Both the position numbers and the translations under genes were made by a program. The notes below the pieces were generated by a model, which had not been told where the DNA came from, ran no database searches, and was given only the letters and a program-made list of their open reading frames with translations. A stretch of 64,000 nucleotides of DNA from Vicugna vicugna. Lineage: Eukaryota. The stretch spans positions 3,350,001-3,414,000 of the forward strand of contig MU058687.1 of NCBI GenBank assembly GCA_013265495.1, written 5' to 3'. Below are positions 10,328 through 22,224 of this stretch, piece by piece. Position 1 is the stretch's first letter; each line of letters starts with the position of its first letter.

Positions 10328-11369
10328 GAACATTTAAATTATTTCCAGTTTTTTTGTTTTGTGAAGAATGAACACTGGTTGTGGTACAATTTTTGTTTGG
10401 TTGGTTTTTGATCATTTCCCAGGGAAATATTCTCAAAACTGAAATTATTTAGTCAATGAGAATGAATATGGTTGTATCTTTTTAAACATATGGTCAGCAT
10501 GCTTTTGAAAAAGATTATACCACTAGAAATGTATTAGTTTGTCTCATCATGGCTAAAATTTTTGAAAATTGGTAGTTTATTCACCTCAATTGGGAACATA
10601 CAAATCACTTTATGTTTTAGACTATGTATATAGGAAAACACTTAAATTTACTGATAAAGAACATGTATAAATATGTAAAAAAAACCCAGCCTCATTAGCC
10701 CCTGAACTCCTAGGGGCCTCAGTGGCTCAATTCTAAAAGAGAAATTTTGGGCTCAGTAACCCTCAAGGCTCTTCTGTGCCTGAGATACCTGGGTGCCTGT
10801 AATTTTCTGATTCACTAAATATAAGGGAACCTCTCTGGAGTTTTGGCTAAGGGACCCAGAATTAAAATTTATGCTATTAGAGCAAATGTAAATATGAAAT
10901 GTTGTTTATTTGTGATAGAAGGGTGAGATAAGTTTATCCATTAGCATTCATCCAACTAGTATTTACTGAGTATTTATGTACTTTACCTGTGTGTCTGGCA
11001 TTGTAAAAGGTGCAGAGGTTATGCCCCTGAGCTTATAGAGCTTAATTTCTAGTGAAGTGGAGACAGTCCATATTCAAGGAAACAGTGAGCAAGGTAATTT
11101 TGGACGGTGGTTTGTTGTGATAAGTAATTGAGAGTTCCTGGTGGTTGGGGGTAACTGCAGATTGAGGGTTTCTGCAAAGGTGGCATTTGTGCAGAGCTTT
11201 GAATGACAGGAAGAAGCCAGCCAGACCAAGATCTGGGGATAGAGTGTCTTAGAGGTGGGACTACTTCTCTAGACATACCGCCTGCATCAGGGGCCTGCAG
11301 CTGTAAGCCTTGGGCAGAGGAGGAATATTTGATGTCTGGTGCTAAGGCTTTTTCTTCCTTGGTTCACAG

Positions 11370-11453
11370 ACAGCTGTCATCAGTTACGACTACCTTACCT
11401 CCCTGAGGAGTGTCCCCTATGGCTCAGAGGAATACCTGCAGCTTCGATCCAAG
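11370..11453 (+). CDS. ADCK1: ADCK1 exon 3, aa 46-73 TAVISYDYLTSLRSVPYGSEEYLQLRSK
   Basis: Acceptor TTTTTCTTCCTTGGTTCACAG|, donor AAG|GTAAGG, 84 nt, phase 0/0. Continues the ADCK1 sequence in frame. Not annotated in this frame in the ORF track. Confidence 0.95.
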
Positions 11454-12199
11454 GTAAGGGAGCCGTGGGACCCATCTGAGCCAGGCCGGGCCTGGAGAAA
11501 TCCTGAAGTGCCTGCACAGCCAGCGAGCATCCCGTGTGCAGCTGGAGGTGGGCTGGGGACAGTGTGGGGATTGAGGCTGGTGGCTTGGGAAGAAGGAGGG
11601 GGTGTTTGAGTGCCCATAGGTTGGGCTACCAGGCGTCATCAAGCTGGATCCCCTGGTACTGAGTTTATAAGTCTATAAGGGGCTGTTGGGAAGGCTGTTG
11701 TGGGTTTCTGAGAGCTCAGGTGTCTGGGATGACTCAAGAGGGATGAAGGCTCTGTCCCTAAGATCACCCGACTGACTTCCAAACTGCCTTGTCAGGCAAA
11801 ACCCAGCTGAAAGAGGGTAATTGCTTTCCTGCTTTCCTGCCTGCCTCTGAAGGCAACACTGGCGCCTGTCTTAGGCCTCTGAGTGGAGCTGTCAACCCCG
11901 CACACTCCATTCTCACTTGGAACAGGGTCGTTGAGTTTGAATCTTTGTCTCCATGTCCCAGAGAGTTGAAGGATCAAGCAAGGCGGCACTTGTGTGGGAT
12001 GGAAGCTGAATTTGGGGTCAAGTGTAGATACCTTTGGTTCTTCTAGAGAGAGGTTTGTGATAGGTCTGTGTGTCTTTGCACAGTCTGGAATGCCCTTTGT
12101 CCCTTAGAAAATTCCTAGTCTTCCTTCAGGACTCAGCTCAAACATCTCTCCTCTGTGATACTTTCTTCAGTCATCCTAGGTGGATGGAATAACTAATTT

Positions 12200-12960
12200 T
12201 TAAATTTTTGTTTAAACTTTTCATTATGGAAATTTCAACCATCCACAAGGGCAGAGAGAGCAGTATGAACCCCTGTGGAACTGTTGTCCAGCTTCAGAAA
12301 TTATCAACATTTTGCTAATCTTGTTTCATCTACTCTCTTCTTTATTCATTCCTTCATTTACTTCTTTATTTATTGATTTGTTTCTTTTTTTGCAGAAACA
12401 TTTAAAAGTGAATCTCAGGTTTCATATTATTTCATTTGTAAATACCTCAGTATGTATCTCTAATGGATAAGGATGTTAAAAAGAACTACCATTCCACGAT
12501 CACACCTAACAAAATTGACATTAGCTCCTTGATAACCTCTGACAGCTAGTCCATATTCAAATCTCCCTTGTTTTCCCTCAAATTTCTTTTTAAAGTTGAT
12601 TCAAATCTGGATCCAAACAAAGTGTGTGTATTATGTTTGGTTGATGTCTCTTAAATCCTTTCAAATCTGTAATATTTCCCCTCCCTCTTTTTTTTTTTTC
12701 CCTTGAGCTATTTGCTTGTTGAAGAAACCAGATCATTTATCCTGTGGAATTTCCCACATTCAGGATTCGGCTGATTGCATCCTCAAAATGTCATTTAATG
12801 GGAAATAAATTCAATGATACACAATTCAAAATATATAATATTTGAACATACAAGATGATCCTCCTTTACCTGTTTCTTAGGTACCCAATTTTCCTGTCTG
12901 GAGGTGATCATTACTTCCTATATATCCTTCCAGAGAAATTACTTATTTGAATTTAATCAC
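12200..12960 (-). mobile_element. Old L1 (L1MC/L1ME-type) 3' fragment
   Basis: ttttcattatggaaatttcaacc...agagagcagtatgaacccc...tgtaaatacctcagtatgtatctctaa. Confidence 0.6.
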
Positions 12961-13369
12961 TTTATCTTCTTTATTCCTGCCACAGGTGATAGTTGATTAC
13001 ATGTCTTTCTCTCTCTTTAGACTGTAGATTCTTTTAGATAAGGATTGGGCCTTTCTTTTCTCTATCTTCTACCTCCAGCAATGATGCCGGGGACTGAGTT
13101 GAATTTAATGTCTGTTTCAATGCCAGGTTGTACCCTGCTAGCTTCTTGCCTTGGGAGAGGCCCCACAAAGAGAGTAAGGTTTGTAGTCAGAGGATCTGAG
13201 GTTATGCCTCAGCTCTGGGAGGGTCATTTGACCTTTTGGAGTGCCATTTTCCTTCTCTGGACTATAGTGGTTATACCACTTACTGAGGATTATATGGATA
13301 GTATTTGAGACAGTGTGTTGTGAATGTAAATTTAACATGGTTATCAGAAATAGGTCAGATGTCTACTAG

Positions 13370-13500
13370 AAGTTATGTTTCATGAGGACAGAGATGGTTT
13401 GTGTTGTGTATCTCAACGTCTGCAGCACCTACAGCAGTACCCAGGACACAGTAGGTCCTAAATAAAGGTTTGTTGAATGAATGAATGAATGAATGAATGA
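13370..13500 (+). mobile_element. L2 3' end with expanded (GAAT)6 tail
   Basis: cacctacagcagtacccaggacacagtaggtcctaaataaaggtttgttgaatgaatgaat... Confidence 0.75.
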
Positions 13501-14429
13501 AATGTTAATTTGTATCGGAAGATTTCAAAGTCCTTGTCTCTGAGACTTAATGCTCCCTACTTTTCCCTACCCCCTTTCTCTCCATCTAACCAGTGCTATA
13601 GGCCTTGGAACCCACCAGAGCAACATTCTGCAGAGAGGTCTGGGCCAGGGCAGAGGGTAAGCCCTCTGCCTTGGGGAATCTGCAGAGCAGGCAGGGGGAT
13701 GGGTGTTGTGAAGACAAGTGCCCTTCACTTGTCAGTCATCTGGAAAGCCGTGGTGCTGCAGGTTCTGGAGAAGTTGACAGCTTTGGAGATGCAGTAAGGA
13801 AGTGCAGCCTGGCATTGACAGGAGGGCAGCACGTGGTGGCTGGCACCAGATAACAAGGTGTAGGCTGGTTCCTGGGAGTTGTGCCTAGGAAAGGGGAGCC
13901 AGCTGGTACTAAAGGGCACAAGTAAATACTGCAGGAGTGTTTTCTTCCATTGGGACACTTATCTGTTCTGATCTGCGAGACTGATAAAGAAGTGAGTGAA
14001 GGGTAAAACATAATTATCTCACCTGTCAAGCCAGTGTCTCTAGGTCCCAGAGTATGCCAGAGCCAGGAGATGAGCTCGGCAGGCAGTGACTTCGAGAAGC
14101 ACTTTCAAGGTTGGTGCTCGGCTGGCTGGGATTGCAGTGACTCAGCTCTGCGTCAGGAGAGGGTGGGAGCCAGCATGAAGTAGTGTTTTCTAGGGGCACA
14201 GTGGCACTTTGCTAGGCAGTGAGGGCATGGAGTGGGACCCAGTTGCTTTGGAGAACCAGACTGCTTGTGCTCAGGATGCTCATAAACAGAGGTGATGGGT
14301 GTAAACTGGCCTGTGCATAGAGCAGAAAGAAGTCACTGTTGGTACAGACATCCAGACAATAGGCTGGAGGAGGCAAGACTGAGTTGATTTTGGCTAAGGG
14401 TTTGGGGTATAGTGGACGTATATTAATTT

Positions 14430-14922
14430 TGCAGCTCAAGAGCTATTCTCATTCTGGGGAGCAGCATCCAAACTTTCCTTTGGGGAGCTACCCCTATGTC
14501 ATGTACACACCATGAGGATTGAGTGGGGCTCACCCCCGCCTCAGCTCCAAGGGTGGGCATGTGACTTTGGCTATGAGTGGAGTCCCTTCCTCTGTCCTAG
14601 AGATTGATCCAGAGACGGATGGGCACTTGAGCCAATGCTGTTCGGTGAATATCAGTCAGCTTCAGGGCTTTTGGGGTGTCCCCCTTGGGTTAGCTGAGAG
14701 TATAGGATGTTGGCTTAGAGCTGCTGTCAGCCATCTTGCCAGCATGAGGGGAAAGCCCATCTGTGGATGGAGAGATGTGTCATTTGAGTCCCTAGATCTA
14801 GCTGAACCTGAAGCTAGACTCCCACTGGACTTTTCAGTTATATATGTCAGGAAATTCGTTTTTTGCTTAAGATGATTTGAGTTCACTTTTCCATTATTTG
14901 CAACCAAATGTGTCCTGATACA
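14430..14922 (+). mobile_element. Old MaLR LTR (MLT1J/K-like)
   Basis: gagctgctgtcagccatcttgcc...cctgaagctagactcccactggacttttcagtta...ttgcaaccaaatgtgtcctgataca. Confidence 0.65.
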
Positions 14923-15369
14923 CTCTTGGTGAAGTATACTGGATCTTGAAGCATAATTAGGGTTTTGATAGGTCATATGGGGACCAATAACTCAAGGGAA
15001 GAAATGAAATTCAGAAATTCCAAGGCCCACAGAGGGTGGGGAGATAGGATAATGGTGCTGGGTAGAACTTGAGCCACTTTGGACCTAGAGCCAGGGCCTC
15101 AGGCTCCTGTTCTGCCACCTAGCACCTCTACATCCCTATCTGTAAAGTGGGCCTTTGTCCCAGCTGAGTTTGTAAGAACAGAGTTGAAAGCTTTATTTAA
15201 TTAAATACTATGGATAATGGAATCCAGCCAGAGAGGAGATCCACAAGAACAGATTTTCCCTTGATGGCTCCTTGTCATTTTAATGAACAACTGAATGATT
15301 TTCTATTTTTTTTATTTTTACAAGTATTAATTGAAATTATTCTTTAAGAAAAAGCCTATAGAATTCCCT

Positions 15370-15870
15370 TCTCCCTCATTTGTTTATTTTCAATCAGTAT
15401 GAACTCATGAATATTTATTTCATCCTATGGGTTAGAATCCAGAACAATCATTACTTATTTTTTTGGCTCAAATTGTTCTGACTTTAGCCATTGGGAGCAC
15501 CTTCAGGTTGTCTGCTGTGTCCTTTTGATGTGCTCCATCAGTTTTTGAGCACTGTCTTAACTTTCTGGTGCCACAAGATGCCCCAGGCTCATCTTTTGTT
15601 TTCGTTGCCTCAGCCTTGGAATCAGCCACTTCTCCAAGGAACCCTGGTTCCTTTTATTGGAGAATGGTATTTAGAAACCAAGATGTAGATGCTAGATGTG
15701 CATATTGCTATTGGGTGCAATTGTTTCTAGGCTCTTTCAGGAGACAGAGCTAGAAAATATATTTATGTATACTTCCTCATGCATATATAAATCTATTAAA
15801 AATAATTAATTCATACTGATATCTCCAATTTCAATCTAATATCACAGAGTTCATTATAACTTTCTCCCTT
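15370..15870 (-). mobile_element. L1MC-type 3' fragment
   Basis: ctcaaattgttctgactttagccattgggagcaccttcaggttg...cagccttggaatcagccacttctccaaggaaccctggttcctttt. Confidence 0.7.
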
Positions 15871-18800
15871 AGAATAAGGTGGGGTGGTGACTCTTGTTTA
15901 CAATCATTCCATTGAACTTGAGAAAGAAATCTTCGGCATCACTTGGCTCAGGCCTCTAATGTAGAGCTGTGGAAGTGGAAGCCCAGAGGCAGGATGTGAT
16001 TTCTTCAGGCCTCTCCCCACAGGTTTGTGGCAGATCCTGGACTTGGTCTTGGACATCCAGATACAGATCTTGCACAATCTTGTGTTCTTTGCACTTTATA
16101 CTTGGTTGTCTCCCTTTTTATGCACTTGTAACCTGGGGGAAAGTAGCAAGTTGGATAGAAAGTGGAACCAAAGATGCCTGTGCATCTTCTCCCCCTGGTC
16201 CACACCTCCTGGTACGAGCCCTGAGGCCGTGGTGCTGCCCGGGGTGGATTTGGGAAACAGGAGGAGAGAAAGGGGCAATAGAGCCTTCTCCCTGGGATTT
16301 CTTTACTTATTTGATCCATCAACCAAAGAGTTAATTCAATAAATATTTGGCATTTGCATTTCCCAATGGAGAAGAGGGTAGACCCTCCAAAGGAATTGGT
16401 AGATGTTAGCTCTTTGCTTTGGGGAAGGGTTTCAACTTTCAAGCTGTTGAACAACTGCAGTATCAAGGATAACCATACTCCCAGCTTAGTGAGGATATGA
16501 AGTCAATAAGCATTTAAAAAATCTTGTTGCTCTGCAAGGGGAACTGGAGCAGCGTCTGGCTCTTTAGGAATACATGCCCAAGCCAGGGTGTGTCTTCATC
16601 ATTATTCCATCCACCCATTACTGTAACCAACATTAACTTAGCCTGCTCTGTGCCAGATTCTGCGTGAGGTTCCAGCTCAGAGGCTATAAAGGGAAATAAA
16701 ACTCGACCTCTGCCCTCCAGTTGCTCACAATCTAGTTGGGGGACCAGGCGTGAAATCTCTAGTTGCAGAAGATCGATTTGTTTTCATTCCAGCTCTGGCC
16801 CCTGATAGCAGCTAACTTCCAGCACAGAGGAATGGGGGCAGGAGCCCTGCATTGGAGGGGCTGCCAACCCAGCCTGTAGGGTGGGGGGACCTGCCGGGAA
16901 GGCCTCCTCTGAAGTAGCCTTTTCTAATCATGCTGCTGTTCCTTTGCATGTTCAGTGTCTGTCAACCTGGCTTGGACACTTTTCAGGGAGTTTTCATGCA
17001 CTCTGTCCCTCAGATTCCCCTTTTGTTGCTTTCTTTTGTCATCATGGAATATTTGTCTGAGAGTATTCTTCGCAGAGGAGGAGGGAAATTGGATCTTTGC
17101 TGTCTTGGCGACTGGCTTTCTCAGTGTTTGTGATAATTTCTGCAAGAGCATGAGCTGCATTTAATTTGCTCTGGTTGGGTCATCTAAGGACCAGGCCTGT
17201 GGAGTAGAGAAACCAGAGTCTGCTACTGAATCTTGTACCTCCTTTTCAGTTTTCTGCAGACCTAAAACTTTCTGAGTGCTGCATTGCAAACCTGCACAAC
17301 TTTCTGCAGTGACCCTGACCCCAGAGCCTTTCTGATTCAGGGAGTTCATAGCAGTAGGCTGTTGGGCCTTAGTGTGGGCTGGGGAGAGACTTGGTGAGGT
17401 CTCCTCCCATCACTGGGGACCCTGAGGGAAAATGTGGCGTACATTGAGCATCTGCCTGGAGATTGGGCCCACTATGTTGTGGCTTCTCTGTAATTCCCCG
17501 GCAGACCACGCAAATGCCAAGTTGTGCTCTTGATTGCTCTAGACTTGTCAGTGACCTATGGACCATGGCCAATAACAGTACCCATTTTGCCATGTCTGCA
17601 TACCTCCTGTATTTTAAAAAACATGTGAAATAAATAAGACCTAAGAAAAGGTATAAGAAATAATTTAGTGGTCACCCTTATGCTCACTGCCCAATTTCAG
17701 AAATAATTTCTCATATAATTATAGCCTCCGGGGTACTTTTCCCCTGATTTCAGCCTCCCTCATGCATAACCAGAAGCAAACACTATCTTGAATTTATTGG
17801 TTATCATTCCCATGCACTTCTTGATACCCAACTATTTATGTATCGATATGATATTTTTCATTTTGTTGACTCTTTTTCCTTTACTTGGTTTTGTTCTAAG
17901 CAAACATATCTGTGAAATTGCAGTTTTGATAGACTAGCTTTCTCTTTTTTGGAGTCTAATGCATATGCAAATAAGACGTGTTCTGAATACCACCCGAAAT
18001 TGCCTCTTGTACCACTTTTTAGCACACCATCACTGGTACTGGGTCACACTTGGAGAAACACAGGCTGCACCATCTGTAGCAGACGCTGGACCAAACTCTG
18101 GCGTGCATCCACCATTGCTTCGGTCTTTCCCCTGCTGGGTTTGGCCACTCTTTTCCAGCTCTTCTCTTCTCCTAGCTCACCCTGTTTATCTCCTGGGGCT
18201 GCTTTGGACTTGAAGCTGCCTGATGGGATGGTATTTGCTCCTGCTGCTCAGAAGCAGTGATCCCTTTCCAAAGGCCACAGCTGAAATGAAACAAAATAAG
18301 CCCCTGGGTTTCCAGTGATGGGAGGCCATTGCCTGTGCTGGGCGTCTCTCCATCCTGATCAGCACGATTATCACCATTAGCCAATTCCTCATTTGCAGTG
18401 TCTGCAGCTCTCTTGCCTACATGGGCTGCCTTGACACTCAGGGTTGGCTTCCTGCTGCTGCAGAGCTGCTCTCCAACTGCCCCTGCCACCTGGTTCTGTG
18501 GGGTGGCTGGAGGAGGGCAGAGCGCCCTGCTGCCCAGAGACAGTGCTGTGTTGAGGGCTTAGCCTGCCCCTCATGACCCCATGGGGCAGGAGCTGGAGAA
18601 AGCCCAGCTTCAGCCTGTCTTTGCCCATCTCAGACCCCTTCCCAGACTAACCATGGCTGGGCTTCTCATTGCCGATTACTTTTTCCACTGAAAACCTCCC
18701 TGCAGTTTCCTTTCCTGCTCCGGACTGAGGGTGTCCACCATGACCAAGCTGTTTCTTCCTCTGCTGAGAGTGGTGCAGGGAAATGGGATGGAGCTACATG

Positions 18801-19319
18801 ATGGTAGATTTGACGTAGTTAAGAGCTAGGACTTCCTTACTGCTAAGGTGGTTTGGTACTGTACTGGGTTACTGAGGACAGTCGTGAAATCTATATCTGG
18901 AAGAGCAGCTTTCCAGAAATATAAGAGATTCTGCTTGTATGTTGTGGAGGTGGGATTGTGACAGCTCACAGATGGTTCCTAACCTGTCAGATGACCAGAG
19001 TTCCCTGGGAGCCTTGAAAGTATAGATTCTTAGACCCTATACTCTAGAATTTGTTTCTAATGACTGTGGGGTGAGGCCTGGAAAACCATTTTTTAAAGTA
19101 GGCTTCCTCAGGTGGGGTTTCTGATGCTTAGAACAAGTGTTTACATTGACAGAAAACCATGGGCCAGGCATTGTGCTGAGAGCTCTCTCTGTATTATTTC
19201 CTTTAACTTCACAACAACCCCAAGGTAGATACTATTGTTACCATCCCTGTTTTACAGATGGACAAACTGAAGCACAGACAGATTAAGTGACTTGTTCAAG
19301 AGCCCATAGCTAGTAAACC

Positions 19320-19740
19320 TGTATATTAGTTTTCTGTGATTGCCATGACAAATGCCACAAATGAGATGGCCTATGACAACAGAAATTTGTTCTCTAATAG
19401 TTCTTGAGGCTAGAAGTTGAAAATAAGGTGCCAACAGGGCCATGCTCCTTTTGGAGGCTTTAGGGAGGAATCCTTCCTTGCTGCTTCTGGCTTCTGGTGC
19501 CTCCAGGTGTCCCTTGTGGCTGCCTCACTCTAGTCTCTGCCTCCATCTTCTCATCTCTTTCCTTCTGAGGACCCTTGTCATTAAATTTAGGGCCTCCCTG
19601 GGCAATCCAGGATGATTTCATCTCAAGATTCTTAATTATATCTACAGAGACCCCTTTTTCCAATTAAGGTCACAATCACAGGTTCTGGGGGTTAGGACAT
19701 GGGCATATCTTTTAGGGTGCCACCGTTCAGCCCATTGCAG
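19320..19740 (-). mobile_element. MLT1 (MaLR) solo LTR
   Basis: tgtatattagttttctgtgattgccatgacaaatgccacaaa...gggttaggacatgggcatatctttt; adjacent MIR at about 19160-19320. Confidence 0.8.
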
Positions 19741-21099
19741 GGTCTTGGATTGAATCCCAGATAGTGGGTCTCCCAAGCTTGTGCCTGTAACCGCTTGGCT
19801 TCCCCACTCTCTCTCCTGGCCTGGATGAGCTTCCAGGCTTCTTTTAGGCCAGCAATCAAGGCGCAGATTACCTTGTTGTATCAGGGAGTTTGACAAACCG
19901 GTGTTTTCCTCCACCTCTCTCCCATCCCCTCAACCCTCTGCCATTTCTCCTGAAACCCTTTGGGCTGTTCACCTCAGACTCTGAAATTCTTGCACCTTGA
20001 TGTGCTCGGGAGGTGAGGCTGCAGGGGCTATGAGGCCACGCTCATACTGGCTTGGATGAGATCCATTTTTCTTGCCTCGGTGGCCACGTCTCCAAAATGG
20101 GAATTGCTGTGATAGCAGGGCTAGATGGAAGGCCATCATGTAACTAGTAAAGTTGATGGAAGGCACTCTGTGGCTGTCAGGGCAGTGCAGGCGCTTGTTA
20201 ACAGCGCTAATAATCTAATAGCCTGCTCTTGATTTCCTGCTTCTCACTGTCTTGGCCCCAAGCAGCGATTTTCTACCAAATTAAAATCCACTCAGCTCCC
20301 TTCCTCTTCCTGATAAAAGTACCCTCAGAGCTCTCGCCTGTTACAGCAAGACTTTTTAATAGATTTTTCCTTGTAGAACCATAAGACATATGTCCAATTA
20401 GCAGAATAACTTCACTTAAATATACAAATAAACTGTTGACAGATAATGGCAGACATATGTGCAGCTGATTTAAGGCAATGTGGTTCGAGAGCTTGGGCAC
20501 TGCCCCCTCTCCCACCCCGAGTCTGTCTGCAGGTGTTTCCTCCCCTCCCATTTCTTGCTTTGGGGTGAGATCTTCCTGCCCCACACTCTACAGGATGAAG
20601 AGGGATGTTTCTATGCTGTGCCTGGTCACAGCACAGAGAACCTGGGCCGCACACCATTCATACAGTCAACTGTGCAGCAAGTACTTATTGAGCATCTACT
20701 TTGTGCCAGGCACTGTGTGAGGCGCCGGGTACACAATGGTCTATTCTTGAAGGGATAGAGATCTTTAAGAATTGATGGAACTCACAAGAATGTCCATTTG
20801 AGGAGGGCAGGGACTCGATCTGTCTTTCTTTCTGCTGTTCCCTCAGTGCTTAGAGCAGTGCTTGGCACACTGCAGGTTCAGTGAATACTTTGTAGTGACT
20901 CAGTGAGATAAGTAAACGAGATAATGTCAGCTCTTGCTAACAAGAATGCCCTAAAATAGATAAAACGTGGTAATGGGTTAAAGAGTGACTGATGCTGGGC
21001 GGAGGAAAAGCTCTCTGACACGGGGTTTTCAGTTGAAACTGAAAAGTGATGCAAGAGCCATCAAGGGAAGAGCTGGGAGAATATTGTTAGAGGCAGTGG

Positions 21100-22224
21100 C
21101 AGGGTGGCCTATTTAATGTACAGCCCTAAGCAAAGTGACCATGCAGGGCTCTGGCTGCGTGGGGACTCAATCTCCGCTTCCTGTGGCCCCGCTGCCCCGA
21201 CCCGCAGTGGATGGGAAGCTCCCAAGAGATGACAGCTTCAGGCTGTGGATGGGGCATGAGTGAGAAGTCCTGCTGAGCTGACCTTTTCATGGTGATGCTG
21301 GTCTAGGACAGGGAGGGATCTGCATGACATGTGTATGACCTCAGCCCTTCCTATGCCTGTCCTGCAGACCCCAGCAGGGATGAAGGGCAATGGAAGAATG
21401 CAGGCCTCCCCCACCAGCGTGACCTGGTTGCCACGCTGGGTAGAGAGCAGTTGTGATTGTGGGGTGGAGGTAAGGAGGCTGATGGAGCCAGGGCACTGGG
21501 GTTGGGGTGAGGAGTGGGCAGCCGAGAACCCAGTGGGAAGGTGGGACTGTGCATGAGCTGAAATCCCCATGGATGCTCCACTGTCCCATTTGGCTTCACT
21601 TGCAAAACACAAATTCAAAGATAAAGTTCAGCATTTTAAGACAGCTACTCTGTATCAGTTTCCTAATGCTGCTATAACAAACTACTATAAATGTAATGGC
21701 TTAAAACAATATAAATTTACTCTTTTACAGTTCTGGAGTCAAAAGTCAGAAATGGTTCTCACTGGACTAACATAAAAGTGTCAGCAGGGCTGTGTTCCTT
21801 CTGGAGGCTCTAGGGGAGAATTCATTTCCTTGTCTTTTCCAGCTGTTATTGGCCACCCGCACTCCTTGGCTCAAAGCACCCTTTCTCCACCTTCAAAGCC
21901 AGCAACGTCTGGCCCGGTTTTCACGCTGCCACCTCTCTGATTTTCTATGTATGCCGCTTAAAAGAACCCTTTGATTACACTGGACCCACCTGGATAATCT
22001 GAGATAGTCTTAAGGTCAGCTGATCAGCAACCTCAATTTATTCTGCAGCCTTAATTCCCCTCTGCCATGTAAGGTAATGTTTACAGGTTCCAGGGATTAG
22101 GTCGTGGACATCTTTGTTGGGGGCACATTATTGTGTCTTCCACATTAAACCGCAAGTGTGGAGCCCTTCTGAGTGTGGGGTGCAGTGTGACTGCACTGGT
22201 CGCATGCCCATGAAGCTGGCCCTG
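21100..22224. mobile_element. MER45-family hAT-Tip100 element split by an MLT1 LTR
   Basis: CAGGG...CCCTG termini; 8-bp TSD GGCAGTGG / GGAAGAGG (6/8); right end gcatgcccatgaagctggccctg matches the MER45 terminus. Confidence 0.75.
21651..22144 (-). mobile_element. MLT1D-like MaLR solo LTR nested in MER45
   Basis: tgtatcagtttcctaatgctgctataacaaactac...ggcttaaaacaa...ttattgtgtcttccaca. Confidence 0.85.
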
